Below, one piece after another: positions 9,934 to 19,543 of a stretch of 64,000 nt of DNA. The notes beneath the pieces were generated by a model, which was given only the letters and a program-made list of their open reading frames with translations, made no database searches and was not told the origin of the DNA. Position 1 is the first letter of the stretch, and every line of letters starts with the position of its first letter. Position numbers and translations under genes: made by a program. Origin of the DNA: Longimicrobiales bacterium (lineage in GTDB: Bacteria > Gemmatimonadota > Gemmatimonadetes > Longimicrobiales > Gaopeijiaceae); NCBI GenBank assembly GCA_965202805.1, contig OZ241869.1, positions 1 through 64,000 of the forward strand, written 5' to 3'.

Positions 9934-10730
9934 ACCAGCCGCTCCGCTCCTTTCGCAAGGAAGCACTCCAGGTCGAAGTGTACGGCACGGCCGGGGAGCT
10001 GGGGGAGGCGGCCGCGGGGTGCGTCGAGAGACAATTGGCCTCCGCGATCGCGAGCAGAGGGGAAGCCAATCTGGTGTTTGCCGCCGCGGTTTCCCAGCTG
10101 TCCTTCCTGGCAGCCCTGAGGCGGAAGGCCATCGACTGGGCCAGGGTCACCGTGTTTCATCTCGACGAGTACACGGAGCTCCCGGAGGAGCATCCGGCGA
10201 GCTTCCGCAGGTTCCTGCGCGAGCACATACTGGACGGCGTGCGGCCGGGCTGCGAGCACATGCTGGACGGCGTGCGGCCGGGCTGCGTGCACCTGATGCG
10301 CGGTGATGCGGATGACCTGCGGGGAGAGATCGAGCGATACGAGTCGCTCCTCCGGGCGCATCCCCTGGACGTGGCCTGCATCGGCATCGGCGAGAACGGG
10401 CACATCGCCTTCAATGACCCGCCCGTGGCCGATTTCGACGACCCGCTCCTGGTGAAGGAGGTCGAGCTCGACGATGCCTGCCGCCTGCAGCAGGTGCACG
10501 ACGGCTGGTTCTCCTCGTTCGACGAGACCCCGCGGCGCGCGCTCACCCTGACGGTTCCGGCCATCATGAGCAGTCGGGTCATCAGTTGCGTGGTGCCGGG
10601 GGAGCGCAAGGCGGATGCCGTGCACGACGCGCTCAACGGCCCGATCGCAACCGCGTGTCCGGCGTCGATTCTGCGCCGACACCACAACGCCACACTTCTC
10701 CTGGATCCCGCCTCGGCGGCCCGTGTGTGA
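9930..10730 (+). CDS. nagB: Glucosamine-6-phosphate deaminase-like protein (NagB family)
   Basis: ATGA overlap with the upstream stop; FHLDEY, HPASFR, GIGENGHIAFNDP, QQVHDGWF, CPASILRRH. Confidence 0.8.
   Translation: MNQPLRSFRKEALQVEVYGTAGELGEAAAGCVERQLASAIASRGEANLVFAAAVSQLSFLAALRRKAIDWARVTVFHLDEYTELPEEHPASFRRFLREHILDGVRPGCEHMLDGVRPGCVHLMRGDADDLRGEIERYESLLRAHPLDVACIGIGENGHIAFNDPPVADFDDPLLVKEVELDDACRLQQVHDGWFSSFDETPRRALTLTVPAIMSSRVISCVVPGERKADAVHDALNGPIATACPASILRRHHNATLLLDPASAARV
10221..10286 (+). repeat. 33-bp in-frame tandem duplication within nagB (EHILDGVRPGC / EHMLDGVRPGC)
   Basis: 10221-10253 and 10254-10286 differ at one base (ATA vs ATG). Confidence 0.95.
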
Positions 10731-10734
10731 GGCC

Positions 10735-13398
10735 ATGAACGCGCAGAAGCTCCTCCTTGCCGCCGCGCTGATCGCGGGCGGATTACTCCTCGCTTGCTCC
10801 CCGCGCCCCGCGCAGATCCCGATCACGGTCGAGGGAGAGCGTCCGGGGGCGCCGGTCACGTTCGGCATTCCCTTTCCGCGGGGGGAATTGGTCTCCACGG
10901 AGAACGTCCGGGTACGCAACGGCGCGGGAGACGAGATCCCCTCGCAGATCACCCCGGTGACCACCTGGGGCCTCGCGGACGCGAGCCTCAAGTGGATCTG
11001 GGTCGACTTCTTCACCGATGGCTCCGGGCGGTACACGGTGGAGCACGGGCCGGAGGTGCGGCGCACCGTGGAGGTCGAGTCTCCGATCCGGTTCGTGAAC
11101 AACCAGCGGCAGAACGGGTTCGCCGAGATCGATACCGGGCCGCTGCGCCTGCGGGTGCAGAAGGGCGGAGGCGGGTTCATCGACCGGGTCGAGTTCAACC
11201 CGGCGGGCGACGGCTTCGGGCCCGGGCACGTGATCGCCGAGGGCATCGGCGTGCGCGGGTCGTTTCTGGACCTCGTCGACGCCGATGGCGTGGATGCCTC
11301 GTCGGCCGTGATCCATCAGACCTTCGTCGAGAGGGGATCGGGTCCGATGCACGCCATCCTGCGGATCGAGGGCGAGTACCGCTACCAGCGGCCCGAGCAC
11401 CCCGCCTCCCCGTTCGTGACCTACATCCACGCATACGCCGGCAGGGCGCACCTGAAGGTTCTCCACACCATCACCTACACAGGGAACCCGGACCAGGGGG
11501 CCCCGCTGGAGGGCCGCCAGCATCGGGATGTGGCTACCCAGGGGGAGTTGGTCGTCGACGAGTTCGAACGCTCGATGGACCCCGGCATCACCCGGCCCGA
11601 CGACATGATCGCCTCGGCCGGCCTCGGGCTCGCGTACCGCCTGGGCGGGGACCCGGTGTTCCGCACCGCGCTCGGCGGGGGCCGCTGGTGGGAGAGCGGC
11701 GAGCCGACCCTCATGGAGGAGAGCACCGTCGGTGCTTCAGCCTTCTCGGTGCTCCAGGCCGGCCCGGATGCCGACGGCGTTCCGCCCATCCCCGAATCCG
11801 GCCCGGATGAACGGATCGGGGGATTCTCGGCCACCGTCGCCTCGGACCGCGTAATCGCCGAAGCCGAACGCGCCGAGGGTTGGATCGACCTCTCCGACGG
11901 CGAGAGAGGCATCAGCATTGGCCTGCGCGGGATGCTCGAGGAATACCCCAACCGGCTTGCCGTGGATCTGGAGGAGCGCCGGATGCACGCCTACACCTGG
12001 CCTCCGGACCATCCGCCGAAGGGTTTCCAGCGGGCCAGTCCCCAGGCGGACGGGGGCATGGTCGGCAACTTCGCCCGGGGCATCACCAAGACGACGGAAG
12101 TCGTGCTCGACTTCCATGACGCCAGCGCCGATCTCGCGGCAGTGAGGGCGTCCGCGCTCGCGGTCCTCGACCCGCCCGTCGCCCACGCGCCGCCCGCGTG
12201 GTATCGGGATTCGGGGGTCTACGGCACCTTCGCGACCGCCGACAACGGGATTCCGGCGCTGGAACGGGGTCTTCAGTACAAGTTCCGCTACATGCGCTTC
12301 AACCGGGACTGGGCGCCCTGGTTCGGGATGTTCGACTACGGCGACCTGAAGACCTACTACCGCGGGGGCGGCTGGGTGCAGTGGGGTAACAACGAGCCCG
12401 CGCAGGACTTCCAGTGGTGGTTCAACTTCATGAGGACGGGCAGCCGGGACGACTACCTCCAGGCCCAGGCCATGAGCCGCCACACCATGGACGTGGACAA
12501 CCTGCACTGGCCGACGGGCCCGGTCTACCGGGGCGACACCAATGCCGCGCTGGACTACTGGACATCGCTCGAAGAGCCGGAGGGAAGCCCGTACGTGGGG
12601 ATGGGCTCGCGCCACACCAACCAGCAGGCGGTCGCGCTGTACACGGCCCACGTCTGGATCGCGGGCTGGCTGGCGAGCTACTACCTGAGCGGCTATCACC
12701 GGGGACTCGAGGTGGCCCGGCTGACGGGGGACTACTACCGCAAGCGGGTCTTCGGGGAGCACGGGCTCACCGGGCGCAGGCTCTACCTGTCGGTGTGGAA
12801 CCTGGCCGAACTCTACGACGCGACCCGGGAGGACATCCATCGCGAGGAACTCGAGGACCGCGTGAACCGGGTTCTGGAGTTGCAGAAGACGCAGGGCGGC
12901 CGCATGGTCATCGACCGCTTCGGCTACTCCCAGCACTACCTCACCCATGGGCTTGGCAAGTATCTCCAGTTGTTCGATGACAGGGAGGTGGAACTCGGCC
13001 GGATCGAACATGCCCGCAGCCTGCTCGCAACCCCTCCCCTCGATCACGACATGGAGTCGTACCTGGCGAGCATCCATCCGTTGGTGGTTGGCTACGACCT
13101 GACCGGCAGCCCGGAGTTCCTGACCGAGGCGTGCCGGCGGGCGGCCTACCTGCGAACGGATGAGATGGCGCGGCCGTTCGGCAGCTACGCAACGCAACGC
13201 GAACTCGTCACGCAGATGGAGGGGGTGAGCAGCCTGCCCGGGCGAGACAGCGATCCCTTCGCGGGCGGGCGCATGCCCAACTGGGCGTTCTCAAGCGGAG
13301 TCCGGGTCTTCGGCTGGACCCACGCCTTCGGGCTCCCCTACCTGATCGACCGGCTGCAGTCGTCGGGGTGGCGGATGGACGGCCTGCCGTGTGCGTGA
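10735..13398 (+). CDS. Exo-rhamnogalacturonan lyase (PcRGLX/YetA, PL26)-like lipoprotein
   Basis: Lipobox LLLAC; PVTFGIPFPRG, SLKW, IDTGPL N-terminal motifs; WFGMFDYGD..W.NNE and RHTMDVD in the helical C-terminal part. Confidence 0.65.
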   Translation: MNAQKLLLAAALIAGGLLLACSPRPAQIPITVEGERPGAPVTFGIPFPRGELVSTENVRVRNGAGDEIPSQITPVTTWGLADASLKWIWVDFFTDGSGRYTVEHGPEVRRTVEVESPIRFVNNQRQNGFAEIDTGPLRLRVQKGGGGFIDRVEFNPAGDGFGPGHVIAEGIGVRGSFLDLVDADGVDASSAVIHQTFVERGSGPMHAILRIEGEYRYQRPEHPASPFVTYIHAYAGRAHLKVLHTITYTGNPDQGAPLEGRQHRDVATQGELVVDEFERSMDPGITRPDDMIASAGLGLAYRLGGDPVFRTALGGGRWWESGEPTLMEESTVGASAFSVLQAGPDADGVPPIPESGPDERIGGFSATVASDRVIAEAERAEGWIDLSDGERGISIGLRGMLEEYPNRLAVDLEERRMHAYTWPPDHPPKGFQRASPQADGGMVGNFARGITKTTEVVLDFHDASADLAAVRASALAVLDPPVAHAPPAWYRDSGVYGTFATADNGIPALERGLQYKFRYMRFNRDWAPWFGMFDYGDLKTYYRGGGWVQWGNNEPAQDFQWWFNFMRTGSRDDYLQAQAMSRHTMDVDNLHWPTGPVYRGDTNAALDYWTSLEEPEGSPYVGMGSRHTNQQAVALYTAHVWIAGWLASYYLSGYHRGLEVARLTGDYYRKRVFGEHGLTGRRLYLSVWNLAELYDATREDIHREELEDRVNRVLELQKTQGGRMVIDRFGYSQHYLTHGLGKYLQLFDDREVELGRIEHARSLLATPPLDHDMESYLASIHPLVVGYDLTGSPEFLTEACRRAAYLRTDEMARPFGSYATQRELVTQMEGVSSLPGRDSDPFAGGRMPNWAFSSGVRVFGWTHAFGLPYLIDRLQSSGWRMDGLPCA

Positions 13399-13462
13399 CG
13401 GGGCCGCGGGCATACTATTTCGGCATGAGACACGCACCCAACCGCGCGAGGTTCCGGGCTTG

Positions 13463-15583
13463 ATGCGCAACCGAAGGATGTGGCTCCTCCTGGCCGTGGT
13501 GGCCGGCGCCGGGGCGTTTATGGCGGGGGGACAGGAGTCGGAAGGCTACCCGCATCTGGAGCTGCTGCTCGACCCGCCCCCCGGGGAGTGGCTCAACTAC
13601 GGCCGCGACCAGGACGGCACCCACCACAGCCCCCTCGACCAGGTCGACGCCGGCAACGTGGACCGGCTGGGTCTGGCGTGGTCCTACGACACGGGCTCGT
13701 ACCCCGGGCAACTGGAGGGGTCGCCGATCGTCGCGGACGGGACCATGTACGGCACGCTCACATGGAGCGTGGTGTTCGCGGTCGACGCGCGCACGGGCGA
13801 GGAGAAGTGGCGCTGGGACCCGGGGATCCCGCAGACCCAATACGTTACCGACGCACGCGGAATCCGGCACCGGCGGGGGCCGAGCCTGTGCTGCGGCCCG
13901 GTCAACCGGGGGGTGGCCCTCTACGACGGCAAGGTCTACGTGGGGCTTCTGAACGGGAGCCTGGCTGCGCTGGACGCCGGAACGGGCGAAGAGGTGTGGC
14001 GGGTGCAGGTGCGGAGCCCGCTCGACGACTACAGCATCACCGGCGCGCCGCGCATCGTCGACGGCATGGTGATCACGGGCATCAGCGGCGCCGAGTTCGG
14101 CGTGCGCGGCTTCGTGTCGGCCTACGACGCGCAGACCGGCGAGCTGGTGTGGCGCTTCTACACGGTGCCGGGCGATCCCACCGAGCCCTTCGAGAGCGAG
14201 GCCCTGGAGCGGGCGGCGGAGACGTGGACCGGCGCCTGGTGGCGGTACGGGGGCGGCGGGACGGTGTGGGACGGGATGGCGTGGGATCCGGAGTTGGACC
14301 TGCTCTACTTCGGGGTGGGGAACGGAGGGCCGTGGGCGCGCGACATCCGGAGCCCCGGGGGCGGGGACAACCTGTACCTCACCTCGATCATGGCCGTGCG
14401 CCCGCGCACGGGCGAGTACGTCTGGCACTACCAGACCACGCCGGGCGACGACTGGGACTACGCCGCCACCCAGCCGCTCATCCTCGCGGATCTGGTCATC
14501 GACGGGCGCGAGCGGCAGGTCATCATGCAGGCGCCCAAGAACGGCTTCTTCTACGTGATCGATCGCGTGACCGGTGAGTTCATCTCCGCGGAGCCGTTTG
14601 CGCGGGTGACGTGGGCGACGGGATACGACCCGGAGACCGGCCGCCCGATCGAGACCGACTTCGCGCGCTATGGCATAGAGGGCGCGCTCATCTCCCCCGG
14701 CTCGGACGGCGCCCACAACTGGCACGCCACCTCGTGGAATCCGGCCACCGGCCTGGTCTACCTGCCCGGGCAGGAGACCTCCCGCTGGTACTCCGTGGAT
14801 CCGGATTTCGCGATCGAGCCCGGGCAGCCGGGCTTCGGCATGGGACGCCGCCGGCCGGCCGCAGGGCCGATCAGGGGCGTTGACGTGGCCGCCGAGCTTC
14901 CCGCCGTCCTGCCCCAGGCCGGGCCCCGGGATCGCGAGATCGACCCCATGGTGGTCGGGATGGGGGGCTCCGGTGCCTTTCTGGCCGCGTGGGATCCGGT
15001 CGCCCGGGAGGAGCGCTGGCGGCACCGCTTCGAGCAGCGGGGCGTCTCCGGCGGTACGCTGACCACCGCCGGCAACCTGGTGTTCCACGGGAACGGGGGC
15101 GGGTCCTTCAACGCCTATCGCGCGGACGACGGCGAGATGTTGTGGGAATACCCGCTCGCGCCCGGCTTCGCCAATCCCGTGACGTACATGCTGGACGGCC
15201 GGCAATACGTCTCGGTGGTGACCGGCCGGGGCGGCAGCTACGCGCCGGGCCGGGTCTACACCTTCGCGCTGGACGCGGACCTGCCCGCGCCGTCGATGGA
15301 GCCGCAGGCGCCCCCGCCGCCTCCCCCGGTCGAGCCACCTCCCGACGGGTTCCTGGGCGGCATGGGCGGAGCGGAGCTGCCGGATCTGCCCGGGAGGGAT
15401 CTGGCGCGCGCAGCCTGCACGCGGTGCCACTCGGCCGACCGGATCATCAACAACCGCCGCAGCGCCGAAGAGTGGCGGCTGTTCGTGGGCGAGAAGTACG
15501 CCCGCGGCTTCATCAACGCGACCACGCCGGAGCAGCGCGCGGCGATCGTCGACTACATGACACGCGCCCTGCCGAGAGGTTGA
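13463..15583 (+). CDS. PQQ-dependent dehydrogenase (methanol/ethanol family) with C-terminal c-type cytochrome
   Basis: Signal peptide; SPLDQV, CCGPVNRG vicinal disulfide, GAEFGVRG, GGGTVWD, GDNLY, DDWDYAATQ, APKNGFFY; Pro-rich linker then CTRCH. Confidence 0.9.
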   Translation: MRNRRMWLLLAVVAGAGAFMAGGQESEGYPHLELLLDPPPGEWLNYGRDQDGTHHSPLDQVDAGNVDRLGLAWSYDTGSYPGQLEGSPIVADGTMYGTLTWSVVFAVDARTGEEKWRWDPGIPQTQYVTDARGIRHRRGPSLCCGPVNRGVALYDGKVYVGLLNGSLAALDAGTGEEVWRVQVRSPLDDYSITGAPRIVDGMVITGISGAEFGVRGFVSAYDAQTGELVWRFYTVPGDPTEPFESEALERAAETWTGAWWRYGGGGTVWDGMAWDPELDLLYFGVGNGGPWARDIRSPGGGDNLYLTSIMAVRPRTGEYVWHYQTTPGDDWDYAATQPLILADLVIDGRERQVIMQAPKNGFFYVIDRVTGEFISAEPFARVTWATGYDPETGRPIETDFARYGIEGALISPGSDGAHNWHATSWNPATGLVYLPGQETSRWYSVDPDFAIEPGQPGFGMGRRRPAAGPIRGVDVAAELPAVLPQAGPRDREIDPMVVGMGGSGAFLAAWDPVAREERWRHRFEQRGVSGGTLTTAGNLVFHGNGGGSFNAYRADDGEMLWEYPLAPGFANPVTYMLDGRQYVSVVTGRGGSYAPGRVYTFALDADLPAPSMEPQAPPPPPPVEPPPDGFLGGMGGAELPDLPGRDLARAACTRCHSADRIINNRRSAEEWRLFVGEKYARGFINATTPEQRAAIVDYMTRALPRG

Positions 15584-15608
15584 GGGAGCGGGACAGGAGG
15601 TAGGACCC

Positions 15609-16919
15609 ATGCGTTGTTCGTTCGTGACTCATGCCCTGTTCGCCGCGGCGCTGTTCGCCGTTCTCCCGGGCCGGATGGCCGAAGCCCAGCAGGGCAACGA
15701 CACCATAAGGGCCCGCGACGGAACCCCCATTCCGGTGATCCCGCGCGCGCCCGGGGGGATGGCCGAAGGCGCCGTCTGGATCCCGCCGATGCCGCCTCTG
15801 GAGGCGACCCTGCCTCCGGAGGGCTGGGAACCGGTCGGATACGAGCAGCCGCCCATGCCGTACATCCTGCTCCGGCTCCCCAGAACCAACATCACGCGCG
15901 CGAAATTCCCGGCCATCGACTTCCACGTGCATGGCCGCGAACTCACCACGCCCGAGGCGTACGAGAGCCTGATCGCCCTCATGGACTCCATCGGCATGGG
16001 CGCGATCATCAACCTGAACGGCGGAACCGGGACGCACCTCGACTCGACGCTGGCGGTGGGGGAGGCGTACCGGGACCGGGTGGTGAACTTCGTCACCCTG
16101 AACCTCGAAGGCATCAACGAGGCCGGCTGGTCCGAGTGGATGGCCGGGGAGATGGAACGGGGATTCCTGGCCGGCGCAAGGGGCCTCAAGGTGTCGAAGT
16201 CGCTGGGCCAGGGCGTGCGCAATCCCGATGGCACCTTCATCCAGGCCGACGATCCTCGCCTCGATGCCGTGTGGGCGATGGCCGCGAAGTACGACATGCC
16301 GGTGATGATCCACACCAGCGACTCGGTGGGGCGCTTCTATCCCATCGGCCCCCTCAACGAGCGCTACGAGGCCGGCCTGTGGCGGTATCCGGGGAGCACG
16401 AGCGGCAACCTCTATGCGTCCGGCCCCCCCCGGGAGGTGATCGAGCTGGCGCGCGAGAGGATGCTCGCGAAACACCCGCGCACACGCTTCGTGCTCGGGC
16501 ACATGGCGATGCTCTACTACGACCCGGGGAGGCTCGCCGCGCTGCTGGACACCTACCCGAACGCCGATCTCGAAACCTCGGCGGCGATTCAGGACCTGGG
16601 CCGCGCGCCCCGGCTCTGGAGGGAGTTCTTCCTCAAGTACCAGGACCGCATCCTCTTCGGCACCGACGGCAACCAGCAACGCACGATCGACGACTTCTGG
16701 ACTCCGCATTGGCGGTTCCTGGAGACGTTCGACGAGCACTTCTACCATCCGGCCCAGGTCCGCACCCACGGCGGCTCGCCGGGCCACGGGCGCTACAACA
16801 TCTACGGGATCGGCCTTCCGGACGAAGTGCTGCGCAAGATCTACTTCGAGAACGCGCTCCGGCACCTTTCCTACATGCGCGATTCCATCGAGCGTCAGCT
16901 CGCCGAGCGGGGCGGGTGA
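15609..16919 (+). CDS. Secreted amidohydrolase (Amidohydro_2 family)
   Basis: AGGAGG RBS; signal peptide; IDFHVH, GLKV, PVMIH, GHMA, ILFGTD. Confidence 0.85.
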   Translation: MRCSFVTHALFAAALFAVLPGRMAEAQQGNDTIRARDGTPIPVIPRAPGGMAEGAVWIPPMPPLEATLPPEGWEPVGYEQPPMPYILLRLPRTNITRAKFPAIDFHVHGRELTTPEAYESLIALMDSIGMGAIINLNGGTGTHLDSTLAVGEAYRDRVVNFVTLNLEGINEAGWSEWMAGEMERGFLAGARGLKVSKSLGQGVRNPDGTFIQADDPRLDAVWAMAAKYDMPVMIHTSDSVGRFYPIGPLNERYEAGLWRYPGSTSGNLYASGPPREVIELARERMLAKHPRTRFVLGHMAMLYYDPGRLAALLDTYPNADLETSAAIQDLGRAPRLWREFFLKYQDRILFGTDGNQQRTIDDFWTPHWRFLETFDEHFYHPAQVRTHGGSPGHGRYNIYGIGLPDEVLRKIYFENALRHLSYMRDSIERQLAERGG

Positions 16920-17731
16920 GCTCGGGCGGGAAGGCGGGTCCGTTCGACCTCACCGGCAGGGTGGCGGTGGTGTGCGGCGGCTACGGGGTGCTGGGCGGGG
17001 CGGTCGCCGTGGAGTTGGGGCGTGCGGGGGCGCAGGTCGCAGTTCTGGGTCGCCGCCGCGAGCAGGCTGAGGCAAAGGCTGCCGAGATCGGTGGAGCCAT
17101 CGCGCTGGAGGCCGACGTGCTTGACGAAGAGGCGCTCCGCCGGACATGCGGAGAGCTCCTGGACCGGTGGGGAACTGCGGACATCCTGGTCAACGCCGCG
17201 GGCGGGAACGTGGAGCGTGCGCGCAGCGATGCCAGGAGCGTTTTCGAGGTTCCCGCGGATGCCTTCGACGAGGCCCTCCGCCTGAACCTCCACGGCTCGG
17301 TCCTGCCGTCGATGGTTTTCGGTGAGGCGATGACCGCTCGGGGCGCCGGCTGTATCGTCAACATCTCATCGATGGCGGCGCTTCGGGTTCTCACCGGCGT
17401 CATGGCCTATTCGGCCGCCAAGGCCGCCATCGAGAACTTCACGCGCTGGATGGCGGTCGAACTGTCCCGCCGGCACGGGGACGGTCTCCGGGTGAACGCG
17501 GTTGCCCCCGGCTTCTTCCTGGCGGAGCAGAACCGCGCCGTGCTGGTGAATCCGGACGGGAGCTACACCGCGCGGGCAAGGCGCATCATCGAACACACCC
17601 CGATGGGGCGGCTCGGGAGGCCCGAAGAGGTGGCGGCCGTGGTCCGCTGGCTCGCGAGCGACGCCGCGTCGTTCGTGACCGGCGCCGTGATCCCCGTCGA
17701 CGGCGGCTTCAGTGCGTTCAGCGGCATCTGA
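16916..17731 (+). CDS. uxuB: SDR family D-mannonate oxidoreductase
   Basis: GTGA overlap; GGYGVLG, NAAGGN, NISS, YSAAK, VNAVAPGFF..QNR, TPMGRLG, VDGGFSAFSG; adjacent to uxuA. Confidence 0.8.
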   Translation: MSSGGKAGPFDLTGRVAVVCGGYGVLGGAVAVELGRAGAQVAVLGRRREQAEAKAAEIGGAIALEADVLDEEALRRTCGELLDRWGTADILVNAAGGNVERARSDARSVFEVPADAFDEALRLNLHGSVLPSMVFGEAMTARGAGCIVNISSMAALRVLTGVMAYSAAKAAIENFTRWMAVELSRRHGDGLRVNAVAPGFFLAEQNRAVLVNPDGSYTARARRIIEHTPMGRLGRPEEVAAVVRWLASDAASFVTGAVIPVDGGFSAFSGI

Positions 17732-17737
17732 AATCCG

Positions 17738-18796
17738 ATGCTGATGAGTTTCCGCTGGTTCGGCCCCCGGGATCCGGTGAGCCTGTCGCGGATTCGCCAG
17801 ATCCCCGGCGTCGAGGGCGTGGTCAGCGCGCTGCACGACATCCCCGCCGGGGACGCGTGGCCACGGGACGAGCTGAGCCGGATGGCAGAGGCCATCGATG
17901 AGGCGGAGCTCCGTTTTGCGGTGGTGGAGAGCATTCCCGTCCACGACGACATCAAGCTGGGAAGACCCTCGAGGGACCGGCTCATCGACCGCTACTGCGA
18001 GAGCGTGCGCGCCGTGGCTGAGATCGGCGTGCCGGTCATCTGCTACAACTTCATGCCCGTACTCGACTGGACCCGCACGAGCACCGACAAGCGGCTGGCG
18101 GACGGGTCGGCCACGCTCGCGTACGACCCGGAGGAGCTGGCCGCGCTTGATCCTGCGCGGGGCCCGGCCGCGCTTCCGGCGTGGTCGCCCGCCGAGCCCG
18201 AACGGCTTCCCGAGCTGCTCGCCGCCTTCCGCGCGATGAAAGAGGAGCAGCTCTGGGAGAACCTGGGGTACTTCCTGGAGGCCGTGGTGCCCGTGGCGGA
18301 GGAGTCCGGTGTGCTGATGGCGATGCATCCGGACGATCCGCCGTGGTCCGTCTTCGGGCTGCCGCGCGTCGTCACAGATGGTCCGGCGCTCGAGCGGCTG
18401 CTGGAGCTGGTGGATCGGCCCGCCAACGGGATCACTTTCTGCACCGGCTCCCTGGGCGCCCGTCCCGACAACGACCTGCCCGCGATCATCCGCCGCCTGG
18501 GTTCGAGGATCCACTTCGCACATTGCCGCAACGTCCGCGTGACCGGCGAGCGGCGCTTCCACGAGAGTCCCCACCCGTCGCGGCTGGGGGATGTCGACCT
18601 GCTGGAGGTGCTCCGCGCGCTGCGCGAAGTGGGGTTTGCCGGTCCGATGCGTCCCGACCACGGGCGCATGATCTGGGGCGAGACCGGCCAGCCGGGCTAC
18701 GGCCTGTACGATCGGGCGCTCGGGGCGATGTACCTGCAGGGGCTGTGGGAAGGGGTGGAAGGGATGGCGGTCCGCGAGAAGCGCGGATCACGATGA
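17738..18796 (+). CDS. uxuA: Mannonate dehydratase
   Basis: FRWFG..DPV.L..IRQIPG, VESIPVH, CYNFMPV.DWTRT, HPDDPP, GITFCTGSLG, RPDHGR, GYGLYDRALG. Confidence 0.97.
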   Translation: MLMSFRWFGPRDPVSLSRIRQIPGVEGVVSALHDIPAGDAWPRDELSRMAEAIDEAELRFAVVESIPVHDDIKLGRPSRDRLIDRYCESVRAVAEIGVPVICYNFMPVLDWTRTSTDKRLADGSATLAYDPEELAALDPARGPAALPAWSPAEPERLPELLAAFRAMKEEQLWENLGYFLEAVVPVAEESGVLMAMHPDDPPWSVFGLPRVVTDGPALERLLELVDRPANGITFCTGSLGARPDNDLPAIIRRLGSRIHFAHCRNVRVTGERRFHESPHPSRLGDVDLLEVLRALREVGFAGPMRPDHGRMIWGETGQPGYGLYDRALGAMYLQGLWEGVEGMAVREKRGSR

Positions 18797-19467
18797 CGTC
18801 CCTGAACGAACGAATCGGCCGGCTGGGCGTGGTCCCCGTGGTCGTCATCCGCGACCCGCGCCGCGCGGTGCCGCTGGCGCGCGCACTGGCCGAGGGCGGC
18901 CTTCCGTGCGCCGAGATCACGTTCAGGACTTCCGCAGCCGCGGAGGCGCTGCGCCGCATCGCGGCGGAGGTTCCCGATGTCCTGCCGGGCGCCGGCACCG
19001 TCCTCACCCCCGGGCAGGCGGAGGCCGCGAGGGAGGCGGGGGCGCGATTCGTCGTCTCCCCGGGCTTCGATGCCCGCGTGGTCGACTACTGCCGGGCGCA
19101 CGAACTCCCCGTCTATCCCGGCGTATGCACGCCCACCGAGATTCAGAGCGCCCTCGAGGCGGGGCTCGACGTGCTGAAGTTCTTTCCCGTCGGGCCCCTG
19201 GGAGGAGCGTCCTTCCTCAAGGCGATCTCGGCGCCCTTCCCCGGCCTGAAGTTCATCCCCACCGGAGGAGTGAAGCGCGAGAACCTGCCGGGCTACCTGA
19301 AGATGGACCAGGTGCTGGCCTGCGGCGGCTCCTGGATGGCGCCGGCGGTCTGGATCGAGGAGGGTGCCTTCGACCGGATCCGGGACGAGGCCGCGAGGAC
19401 GGTGGCCATGGTCCGTCGCGAGCGTCTCAGCGGCGGGGCCGGGGATGCAGCGGCCGGCACAGGCTGA
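18793..19467 (+). CDS. eda: KHG/KDPG aldolase
   Basis: ATGA overlap; AEITFRT, GAGTVL, FVVSPG, PGV.TPTEI, LKFFP, IPTGG, ACGGSW. Confidence 0.95.
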   Translation: MTSLNERIGRLGVVPVVVIRDPRRAVPLARALAEGGLPCAEITFRTSAAAEALRRIAAEVPDVLPGAGTVLTPGQAEAAREAGARFVVSPGFDARVVDYCRAHELPVYPGVCTPTEIQSALEAGLDVLKFFPVGPLGGASFLKAISAPFPGLKFIPTGGVKRENLPGYLKMDQVLACGGSWMAPAVWIEEGAFDRIRDEAARTVAMVRRERLSGGAGDAAAGTG

Positions 19468-19543
19468 CCGCGCCAGGACAGGCAATGGATGCAGCGCAGG
19501 TAGGGCCCGCACGGGCGGAAGACGGCATGAGGAGTCGGTAGTG

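Noticed and set aside
15609..16919. Amidohydrolase as the missing uronate isomerase UxaC
   Set aside because: Same superfamily, but it has a signal peptide and lacks UxaC-specific motifs.
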